The notes beneath the pieces are model-generated. The model saw nothing but the letters and a program-made list of their open reading frames with translations, ran no database searches and was not told where the DNA came from. This document shows, one piece after another, positions 39,334 to 49,045 of a stretch of 64,000 bases of DNA (position 1 is its first letter; every line of letters begins with the position of its first letter). Where the stretch lies: assembly GCA_001773215.1 (NCBI GenBank), contig MEWB01000001.1, positions 151,108 through 215,107 of the forward strand, written 5' to 3'. The stretch is from a candidate division WWE3 bacterium RIFOXYC1_FULL_40_10 (GTDB lineage Bacteria > Patescibacteriota > WWE3 > UBA101185 > UBA10185). A program made the translations under genes and the position numbers.

Positions 39334-39380
39334 AGATTCCAGAGTTTCCCTTGAATTCCGAAAGTGCTAATATATAGGCA

Positions 39381-39929
39381 ATGTCAGGACATTCCAAATG
39401 GGCAAATATAAAAAGAAAAAAAGGCGCTAACGATGAGAAGAGAAGTAAAATCTTCTCTAAGCTTAGCCGGTTAATAATGGTGGCAGCTCGTGAGGGTGGG
39501 GGAGATCCTGATTCTAACCCCAGATTGAGATTATCCGTAGAAAAAGCCAAGGAATATCGAATGCCCAAGGAAAATATCGAAAAAGCTATTCTAAAAGGTA
39601 CAGGCGAGCTAAATAGCGGGGGTTTTTTTGAAACAATTTATGAAGGATTTGGCCCAAACGGAGAAGCCTTTTATATAACTGCTCTTACAGACAATAAAAA
39701 TAGAACAGTTGCAGAGATTAGATCGATTTTTAGCCGTTTTGGGGGATCCTTAGGTGGAGCAGGTAGTACCTCTTACATTTTTACTCCAGATCCCGATAAT
39801 CCGATCTTCTCCATGGATTTAAATGATAATGCGTTAGCCGCCAAACTTATGAATTTGTTGGAAGAGCTTGAAGACCAGGATGATATTCAAGAGGTATACA
39901 CCAATTGTAATTTTCCGGAAGAGATATGA
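39381..39929 (+). CDS. yebC: YebC/PmpR-family transcriptional regulator, shortened (182 aa vs about 245)
   Basis: [28 protein letters not shown]...[12 protein letters not shown] is the canonical YebC N-terminus. Upstream of ruvC as usual. Middle/third-domain segment appears missing. Confidence 0.75.
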   Translation: MSGHSKWANIKRKKGANDEKRSKIFSKLSRLIMVAAREGGGDPDSNPRLRLSVEKAKEYRMPKENIEKAILKGTGELNSGGFFETIYEGFGPNGEAFYITALTDNKNRTVAEIRSIFSRFGGSLGGAGSTSYIFTPDPDNPIFSMDLNDNALAAKLMNLLEELEDQDDIQEVYTNCNFPEEI

Positions 39930-40402
39930 TCATCTTAGGTATTGACCCTGGTACAGCCCGAATGGGGTATGGACTTATTAATTACCAAGGAAGAGGTAAG
40001 ATAACGCTACTGGATTCCAGCACATTTATTACTCCTCAAGAATTTCAGATGCCCAAGCGGTTAAAAATGCTATTTTCAAATCTAAAATCCCTCACCAAGG
40101 ATTTTTCGCCCGAGGTTATGGTTATCGAAAAATTGTTTTTTAATAGAAATGTGAGCACTGCCATAAATGTTGGGCAGGCTAGGGGAGTGGCCATGCTTGT
40201 GGCCGCTGAGAGAAAAATGTCAGTGTTCGAATACACTGCATTAGAGGCCAAAAAGGATATTACAGGCTATGGGAGGGCAGATAAAAAGGAAATGCAAGAA
40301 GCGGTAAAAAGTATATTAGGACTTACTCAGGTGATAAAATCAGATGATGCGAATGATGCAGTTGCCATGGCGCTTTGTTATGCCTTTAAGGAGCTTAGGT
40401 GA
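39926..40402 (+). CDS. ruvC: Crossover junction endodeoxyribonuclease RuvC
   Basis: [19 protein letters not shown]-terminus. About 158 aa. Overlaps yebC stop by 4 nt. Confidence 0.85.
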   Translation: MIILGIDPGTARMGYGLINYQGRGKITLLDSSTFITPQEFQMPKRLKMLFSNLKSLTKDFSPEVMVIEKLFFNRNVSTAINVGQARGVAMLVAAERKMSVFEYTALEAKKDITGYGRADKKEMQEAVKSILGLTQVIKSDDANDAVAMALCYAFKELR

Positions 40403-41230
40403 ATGATCGAGAGTCTAAATAATATACTTAAACTAATGCTTAACACAGGTAAGAAGCTAAAGTTTGTGTTGCAATCCGCGCTTTTTTTTATTTTTCTAGT
40501 GTTGCTATCAACAAGAGTACTTCCTCTTAACTGGGTTCAAGCAGGAATATTATTCGTTGGAGTAATTGCTATTACGACCTTGGTATTACACTTTCCCAAT
40601 ATAAAAATTAAAACTCTTGCCCCTGCAACTATAATGCCGGTTACACTATTAGTTGCCTCCTTAGTGTTTTTCTCCCAGTACAGTGATTTGGGGCCTTTTT
40701 TTAAAATGTTTATCTGTGCGGGCTTTGGCTTTTTATATTATTTGATTTCACTTGTAGATAACGTAGTACTAGTGGTACACGAGAAAGAAGAGGCTATACC
40801 GTTGTATCGAGCTGCTTTGTCTTGGAGTCAGGTTGTACAGATGCTGGTTGCCATTCCATTGTTGGCAGGCATATATCAAGCAGACAACATAAAGGTGCCT
40901 TATACTATAGTCCTAATTCTTCTTACTACTATTTTTATCTGCTATCAATTTTGGGTTCTAAGTTTTGATACCGATTCGAAAAAACTTAGGGTAGGGGAGG
41001 CTGTATTTTTGAACCTGCTAATATGTTTTTTCGTTGTGGTTGCAAATTTTTGCGTGGTCTTTATACCCGGTGAGGAGTTTCTTAGAGCCTTAGTCATTTC
41101 TACAGTAATGTTGTTTGGGATAAATTATTTCACTGCGTATTTAAAAAATAGCATAACTAAAAGAGTACTCATTCAATATGCAATTATAATAGCCGTATTT
41201 TTCTCGATCCTATTAGTTTTTAATCCTTAA
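40403..41230 (+). CDS. Polytopic membrane protein, hypothetical
   Basis: 275 aa with about 7 hydrophobic segments. Starts at ruvC stop. Confidence 0.4.
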   Translation: MIESLNNILKLMLNTGKKLKFVLQSALFFIFLVLLSTRVLPLNWVQAGILFVGVIAITTLVLHFPNIKIKTLAPATIMPVTLLVASLVFFSQYSDLGPFFKMFICAGFGFLYYLISLVDNVVLVVHEKEEAIPLYRAALSWSQVVQMLVAIPLLAGIYQADNIKVPYTIVLILLTTIFICYQFWVLSFDTDSKKLRVGEAVFLNLLICFFVVVANFCVVFIPGEEFLRALVISTVMLFGINYFTAYLKNSITKRVLIQYAIIIAVFFSILLVFNP

Positions 41231-41310
41231 AAAAATTTAAGTGAACAAAGGTAGAGTAGTGGAGTGGGGTAGTTTTATTAGCACTATAGGGTCTGCCGTG
41301 ATAAACTATA

Positions 41311-41465
41311 GGGTACGTTTGTCATACAACCTAGGTACAAATGTCATACATATAGGCATTTACCTTGTAGTTAAAGCTTACTTTGCCTCTGCCGGTTCGG
41401 CCATAATGTCATACGTGCTTCTGTAAGGTTGTCATACTTCCTGGGGTAGGGTTGTCATACTTCTC
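41311..41465. repeat. Five direct repeats (iteron-like) with core TGTCATAC, phased 22-23 bp
   Basis: Core copies at 41320, 41342, 41407, 41430, 41453. Units: gggtacgttTGTCATACaacct / aggtacaaaTGTCATACatata / ...ataaTGTCATACgtgc / gtaaggtTGTCATACttcc / gtagggtTGTCATACttct. Confidence 0.6.
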
Positions 41466-41487
41466 GGAGATCCTGATTACCCCGCAT

Positions 41488-41496
41488 TGTGGATAA
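41488..41496. promoter_or_regulatory. Consensus DnaA box (TGTGGATAA = TTATCCACA reverse), followed by AT-rich tract 41540-41610
   Basis: Exact 9-mer match. A single occurrence is not statistically significant alone. Confidence 0.3.
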
Positions 41497-41688
41497 TTAG
41501 TCAGGTGATTGAAAGCACGGGTGTCCATGCCTCTCCGATCAAATAATTATTTACTTTAGAATTAATTAAATAAATAAGAACGTAAAAGGAAAATATCTAA
41601 TTAAGGAATATTTTCCGCTGTTTCCTCCCCCCTGTTATTTAAGTATCCTATTATTTGTATTTGGTGCGTGCTGTCGTTTTTCCCACCT

Positions 41689-41722
41689 ACCACGTCGTTA
41701 AACATACATTATACGACGTGGT
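41689..41722. repeat. Perfect 10-bp inverted repeat (ACCACGTCGT / ACGACGTGGT) with 14-nt loop
   Basis: Read directly: accacgtcgt-taaacatacattat-acgacgtggt. Confidence 0.6.
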
Positions 41723-42050
41723 CAATATCTTATATTTTCCCTACTCTCTTGTTTTTTGATTATTGTTTTGAATTACGAGCTAAGTTTTTTTATTGATGGT
41801 AGAAAGCGTAACTAATCGACTCCAAAAAATTTTAGGCTCCCCTATTATTTCTATTTCGCGTTCTTATGTGGTAATTCCCTCACCCTTTTTGTTAATTCGT
41901 TTTTATTTACCTTGGGCTGTGTTAGATATGTTGGTTTCTCTACTTTTATATTGCCACTGCAGTGTAAAGTGGCAGTTAGCCTCTAGAATCGATTTTAAGC
42001 ATGTTTTAGTATAAAGTTGTAGTTAGTATCATCTTTTAAACGAACTCGTC

Positions 42051-43085
42051 GTGGGATATACTTGTAACACATCTATGAGTAACATTTCTTTGTCATCCGA
42101 TCTAGAAAAAGTGTCAGTTGCGTATCTTGAATATTGTGAAATAGAAAAAAACTTATCTCAGAATACAATCAAGATGTATTATTTTTATTTGACCGATTTT
42201 TTAGATTGGTTAAAAACTTATACCTCGAACCAAACGCCGAAAATTTCGGATTTGAATGATACAAATGTCAAAAAATACCGTCTTGATCTAAATCGTAGGA
42301 TTAGTACCAAATCGAATCAGGAATTTAAGCGGTCTACCCAGAAAACCTTTTTAGTGGCTCTTAGGGCTTTTTTGAAGTATCTGATTGTCATCGAAAACCT
42401 GGAAATAATGTCTCCTGAACAGATAATATTGGGCAAAAGTGATGATCGTGTGCCAAAAGTTCTCAATGAGGAGCAAATGGGACGACTTTTTCAGGTTCAA
42501 GATTTGAGCAAAAGATCGGGTTTGCGCGACAGGTCAATATTGGAGACTTTATTTAGCACCGGTTTACGCGTCAGCGAACTTGTAGCTTTGGATAAAGATG
42601 ATGTAAATCTTATCACAGGTGAATTTACAGTAGTTGGCAAGGGCGGCAAGGCGCGCATCGTATACCTATCGCAGTCAGCAATAATGTGGTTAAAGCGTTA
42701 TTTGACAACAAGAAAAGATCCTTTTCTGCCGTTATTTATTAGATATTCGGGGGTACATATGGTTAAGGATGATTTTGAGGGACACTCTTTAAGGCTAACT
42801 TCCCGAAGTGTTGAGAGGCTTGTGAAAAAGTACACCAAACGTGCGGGAATAAGCATAGATGCAACCCCTCACACTCTTAGGCACACATTTGCAACCGGTT
42901 TACTGCGTGAAGGTGCCGATTTACGTAGTGTTCAGGAGTTGCTCGGCCACTCAAACGTTTCTACCACTCAAATATATACACACGTTACGAATACTCAGCT
43001 TAAAGAGGTTCATAAAAAATTCCATAAAGATGTTAACGAATCCGGCGAAATGGCTGAAGATGTGGTAGAATCGGTTATCAGTTAG
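42051..43085 (+). CDS. Tyrosine recombinase, XerC/XerD-like
   Basis: C-terminal catalytic box HTLRHTFATGLLREGADLRSVQELLGHSNVSTTQIYTHV (R..HxxR...Y). N-terminal SAM-like core-binding domain. Confidence 0.75.
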   Translation: MGYTCNTSMSNISLSSDLEKVSVAYLEYCEIEKNLSQNTIKMYYFYLTDFLDWLKTYTSNQTPKISDLNDTNVKKYRLDLNRRISTKSNQEFKRSTQKTFLVALRAFLKYLIVIENLEIMSPEQIILGKSDDRVPKVLNEEQMGRLFQVQDLSKRSGLRDRSILETLFSTGLRVSELVALDKDDVNLITGEFTVVGKGGKARIVYLSQSAIMWLKRYLTTRKDPFLPLFIRYSGVHMVKDDFEGHSLRLTSRSVERLVKKYTKRAGISIDATPHTLRHTFATGLLREGADLRSVQELLGHSNVSTTQIYTHVTNTQLKEVHKKFHKDVNESGEMAEDVVESVIS

Positions 43086-43126
43086 CTTCCAAACCTTCCA
43101 AAAAGCTTAAGGAGAACACATAACAC

Positions 43127-43477
43127 ATGAGTAAAGTGGCTTTGGTAAATATGGTTCAGGATATTACGGCAGAGGCTCAAACCCAAGAAGTAATCGCGGC
43201 TGCACAAAATCATCGCAAATTCTATATGTGCACTGATAAGGGGGAATATCTTTTGATTGAAACCAAGGGGCACAAGTGTTTCATAAGCCCCCAGGGGTAT
43301 TGTCGAGGTACCCTTGCAGTACGCTACTTAGAAAAAGTTGCAGGCAAGCCGGTACTCTACGAGTGCACTCTGAAATTTGAGACCTTTGTGGGTATCTTGT
43401 CAGCTTCTGCATCCAAGCCCGCTTATGAGATATTGGCAACATACGTTAAGGAGAATTGTACTCGCTTGGCTTCCTAG
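43127..43477 (+). CDS. Hypothetical protein
   Basis: 116-aa ORF. No motif recognised. Confidence 0.3.
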   Translation: MSKVALVNMVQDITAEAQTQEVIAAAQNHRKFYMCTDKGEYLLIETKGHKCFISPQGYCRGTLAVRYLEKVAGKPVLYECTLKFETFVGILSASASKPAYEILATYVKENCTRLAS

Positions 43478-44142
43478 ATAACTCGGGCCGGTTGGGAGTT
43501 TAAAAAACTTTTAACCGGCTCAAAACTTTTTCTGTGGAGTTCGCACGGTCCATTTCGTGTAATCGCTTCTATGTGCTGTTTTGTGCCGTACCCCTTATGT
43601 TTAGCAAAACCGTATTCAGGATAAGTACTGTCATGGGTTTTCATTATTTGATCACGATAAACCTTGGCAACAATTGAGGCTGCCGCAATTGAAATGCTTT
43701 TAGTGTCACCTCTCACAATGTTTGTTTGCTTTTCGGGAGCAAAGCTTGGAACTATGAAACTGTCGGTGAGTACATGGTCAAGCGCTATTTTTAACCGTGA
43801 GATCGCCCTTTTGAATCCTAGCAGATTACACTTACCTATTCCCGTTCTATCTATTTCCTCTACTCCTATTTCCACAATAGAAAACTCAATAGCATTAGTT
43901 CTTATAAATGAATCCAAATTTATGCGCATTTTTTCAGGAAGTTTCTTTGAGTCGTTTATTTTCGAATAATTTTCAGACAGCACGTCGTTATTTGTGAGTA
44001 TGCTTTCCAGATTTAATACTACTGCCGCTACAACCAAAGGGCCTGCGAGCGGTCCCCTACCCACTTCATCGACACCCGCAATGAATTTCTTTCCTTGGTT
44101 AAATAATTGAGTTTCAAAGTCGAGTAATTGCTTCACTTTCAA
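43474..44142 (-). CDS. rnhB: Ribonuclease HII
   Basis: AGVDEVGRGPLAGPLVVAAVVL catalytic N-terminus. Confidence 0.85.
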   Translation of the reverse strand: MKVKQLLDFETQLFNQGKKFIAGVDEVGRGPLAGPLVVAAVVLNLESILTNNDVLSENYSKINDSKKLPEKMRINLDSFIRTNAIEFSIVEIGVEEIDRTGIGKCNLLGFKRAISRLKIALDHVLTDSFIVPSFAPEKQTNIVRGDTKSISIAAASIVAKVYRDQIMKTHDSTYPEYGFAKHKGYGTKQHIEAITRNGPCELHRKSFEPVKSFLNSQPARVI

Positions 44143-46726
44143 CTTCCTCAGGTTCTTCTTCGAACACTCCCACGGATGTTACTCTATCGCTGTCATCAAG
44201 TTTGATAAGGCGAACGCCTTGAGTAGCTCTGCCTAGTTTTGAGACCTGGTTGGCAGAAAGTCTGATAATTTGCCCGGATGCTGTAGCTATCAATATGTCA
44301 GGTTCACTTGCGGGGTCAAGTAATCGTGCAACTATTAATTTTCCTGTTTTTGGGGTTTCTTTGTAAGTCAATATCCCACTTCCGGCTCTGTTTTGAACCT
44401 TATATTCTGCTATCGGAGTTTTCTTGCCATATCCTCTGTTTGAAACAACCAATAGGTTTGCTTTGTTCAAGTCTCTATTCACAATTGCAGTTCCTACAAC
44501 ATAGTCCCCTGCTTTAGCCAGTCTTATCCCGGTGACTCCGCTGGCCGTTCTTCCCATAGGTCTAACATCTTTTTCACTAAATCTAATCGATTGCCCAAGT
44601 GATGTTGTAAGCATAATATCGTCGTTTCCTGATGTAATTCCTGCGTAATTTAACGGATCCTCGGATGTAAGTTTAATAGCAATAATGCCCGAAGATCTAA
44701 TGTTCGAAAACTGGCTCATGTCGGTTTTTTTAACCCTTCCCTTCTCAGTTGTCATTACTATGTACCCGGTATCTGATTCCAGAGTTTCTGTTTTTAATGC
44801 TAAAAAGGCACTAATTTTTTCTTTTGGTAATATGCTTAAGAAGTTAACGATTGGCGTTCCTTTTGCATTTCTTCCTGATTCCGGAATTTCCCATATCCTC
44901 ATTTTGTATACTTTTCCTGTATTGGTGAAGAAAAGCGCCCAGTCGTGAGTTTGGCAAACCCTGAGTTGTTCAATACTGTCCTCTTCCTTGAGAGATTGGC
45001 CTTTGACTCCCTTGCCACCCCTCCCTTGTTTTTTGTACGAGTCTTCCTTCATTCGCTTGATGTACCCGCTATCAGAAATGGTAACAACGCATGCCTCATC
45101 AACTATCAAATCCTCATCACTCAAGTCACCTATCTTACCTTTTACTACCTTAGTTTTTCTTTCGTCGCCATATTTTTCCTTAATGTAATTGAGTTCCTCC
45201 TTAACTTTTTCAATTATTCTCTTTGGCGATGCTACAAAACCCTCGTAGTCTTTGATAGTCTCGATTATTTGTTTAAGTTCATCCTCTATTTTCTGTCTCT
45301 CGAGGGCTGCTAACTTTCTTAACTGCATGTCGAGTATTGCTTGTGCCTGAATTTCCGACAAGTCAAAATTTTCCATCAGGCCTTTTTTAGCTGTGTCGGC
45401 ATCCTTACTGGCTCGGATTAGTTTTATAACGGCATCTAAATTATCTAAAGCAATTTTTAATCCCCTAAGTATGTGTTCGCGTTCTCTAGCCTTTTTGAGT
45501 AAGAAAAGTGTTCGTCTGACCACCACTTGTTGTCTATGCTTGACGAATTCCTCAAGAATCATTTTTAAAGTAAATAGTTTTGGCTCGTTATTTAAGAGAG
45601 CCACAAAGTTTGCATTGAAAGTATCCTGTAACTGCGAATACTTATATAGCCGGTTTTGCACTTTTTTAACAACGGCATCTTTTTTAAGTTCTATCATGAT
45701 TCTAATACCGTCTTTGTTTGACTCGTCCCGTAAATCAGAAATGCCCTCAACTTTTTTGTTTTTTACCAGATCAGCAATTTTGGAAATCAGTGTTGCCTTA
45801 TTTACTTGATATGGAAGTTCGGAAACGATAAGTTTGGTCTTTCCGTTCTTAGTCTCTTCGACCTCCATTTTTGCTTTTGTCACTACCCTACCCTTCCCCG
45901 TGGCGTACATCTGTACTATTTCCTTTTGGTCGTAAATAGTACTACCTGTAGGGAAATCAGGTCCCTTGATAAACTGTGTAAGGTCATCAACATTAGCGTT
46001 TGAAGAAAAGCCCAAGGTTACTACCTGATCTATACCCGGCTTTTTTTGCGTGGGATCGGGTGCTAAACCTATATTATCAGCCTTTTCTATTAAAAAATTG
46101 ATTCCGTCGATTACTTCGATCAAGTTGTGGGGAGGAATTTTAGTTGCCATTCCAACAGCTATGCCCTCTGAGCCGTTTATAAGCAGATTAGGTATTAAAG
46201 ACGGCAAATACAAGGGTTCCATTACCTGGAGGTCGTTTAATTCAAAATCAACAGTATCTTTATCAATATCTGCATACAGCTCTTCGGTTATTTTTTCCAT
46301 TTTACATTCGGTATATCTCATCGCGGCTGGAGGGTCGCCATCAATACTTCCGAAGTTTCCCTGAGGTTTTATGAGGGGATATCTCAACGAGAAGTCCTGG
46401 CCCATTCTAACTAACGATTCGTAAATTGCCGAGTCTCCATGTGGATGATATTTCTTCATGACTTCGCCAACGACGGAGGCGCATTTGTAAAATTTGCCCG
46501 AAAAAGTTTGATTCTGATCCTGCATGGCGTAAATTATTCGTCTATGTACCGGTTTTAATCCGTCTCTCACGTCGGGGAGAGCTCTGGATACAATTACAGA
46601 CATAGCATAATCAAGATATGCCGTTTGCATCTCTTCAGATATTTCTCTTTTTATCACCCCTGCCGGTAAAGCTACCTCTTTGGGGTCAGCGGAACTGCCA
46701 TTTAACTGGGTTATTTCATCTGCCAT
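44114..46726 (-). CDS. gyrA: DNA gyrase subunit A
   Basis: N-terminus ...AMRYTECKM... with catalytic Tyr region. GyrA-box QGRGGKG present in C-terminal beta-pinwheel region. 870 aa. Confidence 0.9.
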   Translation of the reverse strand: MADEITQLNGSSADPKEVALPAGVIKREISEEMQTAYLDYAMSVIVSRALPDVRDGLKPVHRRIIYAMQDQNQTFSGKFYKCASVVGEVMKKYHPHGDSAIYESLVRMGQDFSLRYPLIKPQGNFGSIDGDPPAAMRYTECKMEKITEELYADIDKDTVDFELNDLQVMEPLYLPSLIPNLLINGSEGIAVGMATKIPPHNLIEVIDGINFLIEKADNIGLAPDPTQKKPGIDQVVTLGFSSNANVDDLTQFIKGPDFPTGSTIYDQKEIVQMYATGKGRVVTKAKMEVEETKNGKTKLIVSELPYQVNKATLISKIADLVKNKKVEGISDLRDESNKDGIRIMIELKKDAVVKKVQNRLYKYSQLQDTFNANFVALLNNEPKLFTLKMILEEFVKHRQQVVVRRTLFLLKKAREREHILRGLKIALDNLDAVIKLIRASKDADTAKKGLMENFDLSEIQAQAILDMQLRKLAALERQKIEDELKQIIETIKDYEGFVASPKRIIEKVKEELNYIKEKYGDERKTKVVKGKIGDLSDEDLIVDEACVVTISDSGYIKRMKEDSYKKQGRGGKGVKGQSLKEEDSIEQLRVCQTHDWALFFTNTGKVYKMRIWEIPESGRNAKGTPIVNFLSILPKEKISAFLALKTETLESDTGYIVMTTEKGRVKKTDMSQFSNIRSSGIIAIKLTSEDPLNYAGITSGNDDIMLTTSLGQSIRFSEKDVRPMGRTASGVTGIRLAKAGDYVVGTAIVNRDLNKANLLVVSNRGYGKKTPIAEYKVQNRAGSGILTYKETPKTGKLIVARLLDPASEPDILIATASGQIIRLSANQVSKLGRATQGVRLIKLDDSDRVTSVGVFEEEPEEVESEAITRL

Positions 46727-46731
46727 AAGAC

Positions 46732-47679
46732 TTATTTAGTATACAGTATTACTCTTTCTATTTCTGGTGCAATGTCTTTTTTACGACTGGTTCTTGGACC
46801 GATATCCGCGGATTTTCCTTGTGCCTGTGTTGTAAAAGCCTTCTCAGCTACAGACTTTTCTTCGTCTGTTGAAAATATAATGTGTGAATTTACTTTAAGA
46901 ACATCTGTTACGACACAATAAGCTTGTCCCGCACCTTCTATCGACTTTATTTCCTCCAGTGCCCGTGCAATTTCTTCCTGCATGTCTAAAATCTTGTCCG
47001 GTTCTACAGTCTCAATCTGGTTAATGAACACTTTTTTCCCGTCAAAATCAAATATTTTATAATCTTTTCTGGCTATATCTTGAGGAGTCATGCCTGTTAT
47101 GTCCGATTTTGATTTAAAAAGCTCAAAAGTAAATCTTTCAATGTCTGTCTCTGTGGTCTTTGCTAATTGATGGGCATATTCAGAGTCAATACCCGTTGTC
47201 GTGCTTGATTTTAAGCCTTGTGTATCGGATAAAATTGCCGCCAGCATAAGTTTGGCAATTCCCTCCGAAGGTTTTTGGCCGTATGTGTCGAAATGTTCAT
47301 AAACAATCGTTGAAGTTGATCCGTAAGGTTTTACGTCGAGCCTAATTGGCGATACGAAATCTATATTTATCTTGTGATGGTCGATAATCTCTATCACCTG
47401 CTCATGAGGTATTTTAGGATGTCTTTGTGATATCTCGTTGTGATCTACAAGTATAAAAGCGTCTGTAGGATCAATTGAAATATCGTTGATATTTAAAGGT
47501 AAATCAATTTTTGCTTCTTTAAAAACAAATTCCGTTTCTTTATTAACGTCTCCGGATAAAACAGGTATTACCTTTGAATCTTCGTATCTTTTGGATTTAT
47601 CTAAAAACTCAGCATATGCCACCGGTGCGGCAACCGAATCCAAATCTGGTGCTATATGTCCTATTAAGTAGATATTCAT
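46732..47679 (-). CDS. ppaC: DHH-family phosphoesterase, most like Mn-dependent (family II) inorganic pyrophosphatase
   Basis: MNIYLIGHIAPDLDSVAA (DHH motif I), ILVDHNE, IIDHHK. About 315 aa with DHHA2-like C-terminus. Confidence 0.6.
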   Translation of the reverse strand: MNIYLIGHIAPDLDSVAAPVAYAEFLDKSKRYEDSKVIPVLSGDVNKETEFVFKEAKIDLPLNINDISIDPTDAFILVDHNEISQRHPKIPHEQVIEIIDHHKINIDFVSPIRLDVKPYGSTSTIVYEHFDTYGQKPSEGIAKLMLAAILSDTQGLKSSTTTGIDSEYAHQLAKTTETDIERFTFELFKSKSDITGMTPQDIARKDYKIFDFDGKKVFINQIETVEPDKILDMQEEIARALEEIKSIEGAGQAYCVVTDVLKVNSHIIFSTDEEKSVAEKAFTTQAQGKSADIGPRTSRKKDIAPEIERVILYTK

Positions 47680-47751
47680 GGTTAATTCCTCCTGAGGGAT
47701 AATTTAACATAATAGGCTCCGGGTAACAATAATTCCCGGAGCCATGGGTAG

Positions 47752-47961
47752 TTATCTCAGCCAAGCTTTTATTGCCGAAAGTCCCTGAATTTTCTTCGGT
47801 TTGGTCCCTGTGTAGTCCCAGATTTTGACTACTTCATCAATCCGGGCTAACACTTTCTGAATCGCACGACGTTTACTGCCAAAATAAGGGCTTTCTTGCC
47901 GCCAGATAATTGTAACTTCGTGAGAATTTTTCAATTCGGCTCCTTTTCTAGCTACAGCCAC
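47752..47961 (-). CDS. Hypothetical small basic protein
   Basis: 69-aa ORF. Unassigned. Confidence 0.25.
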   Translation of the reverse strand: MAVARKGAELKNSHEVTIIWRQESPYFGSKRRAIQKVLARIDEVVKIWDYTGTKPKKIQGLSAIKAWLR

Positions 47962-48269
47962 TTGCTTTTGGGTATGTTTTTAAGATCTATTTTCTCAATC
48001 CGTTCTTTTTTTGTTGACCTCTTAGGTGACTTTTTAGGTTTCAGCCTAATTTTAAGAAGTTCAAGATCATGTGTCAGTTTGGCAATTCTGCTGTTGTAAT
48101 TGTGCTCTTTCCGATCCCAGAAATCGTACTGTGCGTTTTCTCGTAGGTCATTATTCTCTTGGGCTGATAAACCCTTTTCGAGGATCACGTGTTTACGTTC
48201 CTCTTGTAACTCAGCTATTCTCTCTCTTAATTCTTCTATTTTAGTTTTTTCTTTATTCTTGCCATCCAT
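47952..48269 (-). CDS. GreA/GreB N-terminal coiled-coil-domain-like small protein (no C-terminal FKBP-like domain)
   Basis: ...RKHVILEKGLSAQENNDLRENAQYDFWDRKEHNYNSRIAKLTHDLELLKI parallels Gre N-domain (…DLSENAEY.AAKE.Q…IE.RI.EL). 105 aa only. Confidence 0.35.
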   Translation of the reverse strand: MDGKNKEKTKIEELRERIAELQEERKHVILEKGLSAQENNDLRENAQYDFWDRKEHNYNSRIAKLTHDLELLKIRLKPKKSPKRSTKKERIEKIDLKNIPKSKWL

Positions 48270-48333
48270 GTTCGCTATTATACAAAAAAACCCTCGAAAC
48301 TGTTAGATTTCGAAGGTTTTACTGATTTTCTGA

Positions 48334-48675
48334 TCACTTTATCACTAGTCTAAACTTTCCGTCAGGTCCCTTTTCTGTGATTGCCAGTTCCAGGTGAGGT
48401 AAAACTTGAGCGGCTGTATTTTCAGTCAATCTTACAAGTTTTCCATTTTCCTTGTGTACAATTTCGCAGCAGTTGTTATCGGTTACCTTTACTTTAACTT
48501 TACCGTCTCTGTCGACAAAAACCACCGCTAGGGGTTTATCACAAGCCCAAATCACAAAAGTTCCATATTTGTCGTTTGGTGGTCTGGAGATAACTAGATT
48601 CGGGAGTTCGCTCCGGATAGTTACCACATCTAAAGGTTGACCTGCTTTTCCAATATAAGGCATTGCCAGTCCCAT
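48334..48675 (-). CDS. Hypothetical protein
   Basis: 113-aa ORF. Coupled to the upstream 96-aa ORF (1-nt gap). Confidence 0.3.
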   Translation of the reverse strand: MGLAMPYIGKAGQPLDVVTIRSELPNLVISRPPNDKYGTFVIWACDKPLAVVFVDRDGKVKVKVTDNNCCEIVHKENGKLVRLTENTAAQVLPHLELAITEKGPDGKFRLVIK

Positions 48676-48676
48676 G

Positions 48677-48967
48677 TTAGGCTCCTTTTATACAAGTCCG
48701 TCTTGAGATACCCGTAGCCTTTCTTATCAGCCTTGCGTGTGTTTTACAAAGAGGTACAGGTGTGCCTCCTGTAGTTCTGCACGATGGCAGGTTATACCTC
48801 TTCTCAGCAGGGTAAGGGCAGAAACAAATATCTGAAGGGTGCCCAAGGCATCTTCCATTGCCTCCGGGAGGATTGCTCTTTGGATCCTGTACCCAAGCTA
48901 AGTATTTTAGAAATTCATCCCACAGTGAGTCATCAACAGCATTCGGTTTTACAGGGGTCAGGTTCAT
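48677..48967 (-). CDS. Hypothetical Cys-rich small protein
   Basis: 96 aa with 9 Cys (CLGHPSDICFCPYP...CRTTGG..PLCKTH...CIKG). Confidence 0.3.
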   Translation of the reverse strand: MNLTPVKPNAVDDSLWDEFLKYLAWVQDPKSNPPGGNGRCLGHPSDICFCPYPAEKRYNLPSCRTTGGTPVPLCKTHARLIRKATGISRRTCIKGA

Positions 48968-49045
48968 GTCAGTCTCCTTTTCTGCTTATTTTCCCCAGTA
49001 TTATCTCATGTTTATCACACTTTTGCAGGATGCTATCATATATTT

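Noticed and set aside
41241-41426. 61-aa ORF in the intergenic region
   Set aside because: It spans the TGTCATAC iteron array. Periodic repeats and lack of coding-like composition argue it is a non-coding regulatory or origin-like region.
41488-41496. Consensus DnaA box as evidence for chromosomal oriC
   Set aside because: A single exact 9-mer is expected about 0.5 times by chance in 64 kb on both strands. No dnaA/dnaN nearby and no switch in gene orientation across the site. Kept only as a supporting element of the iteron-region finding.
44308-46364. Several 60-140-aa plus-strand ORFs (44308..44517, 44685..44948, 44945..45313, 45393..45809, 46050..46364)
   Set aside because: All are antisense to the well-supported gyrA gene. 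Treated as spurious shadow ORFs.
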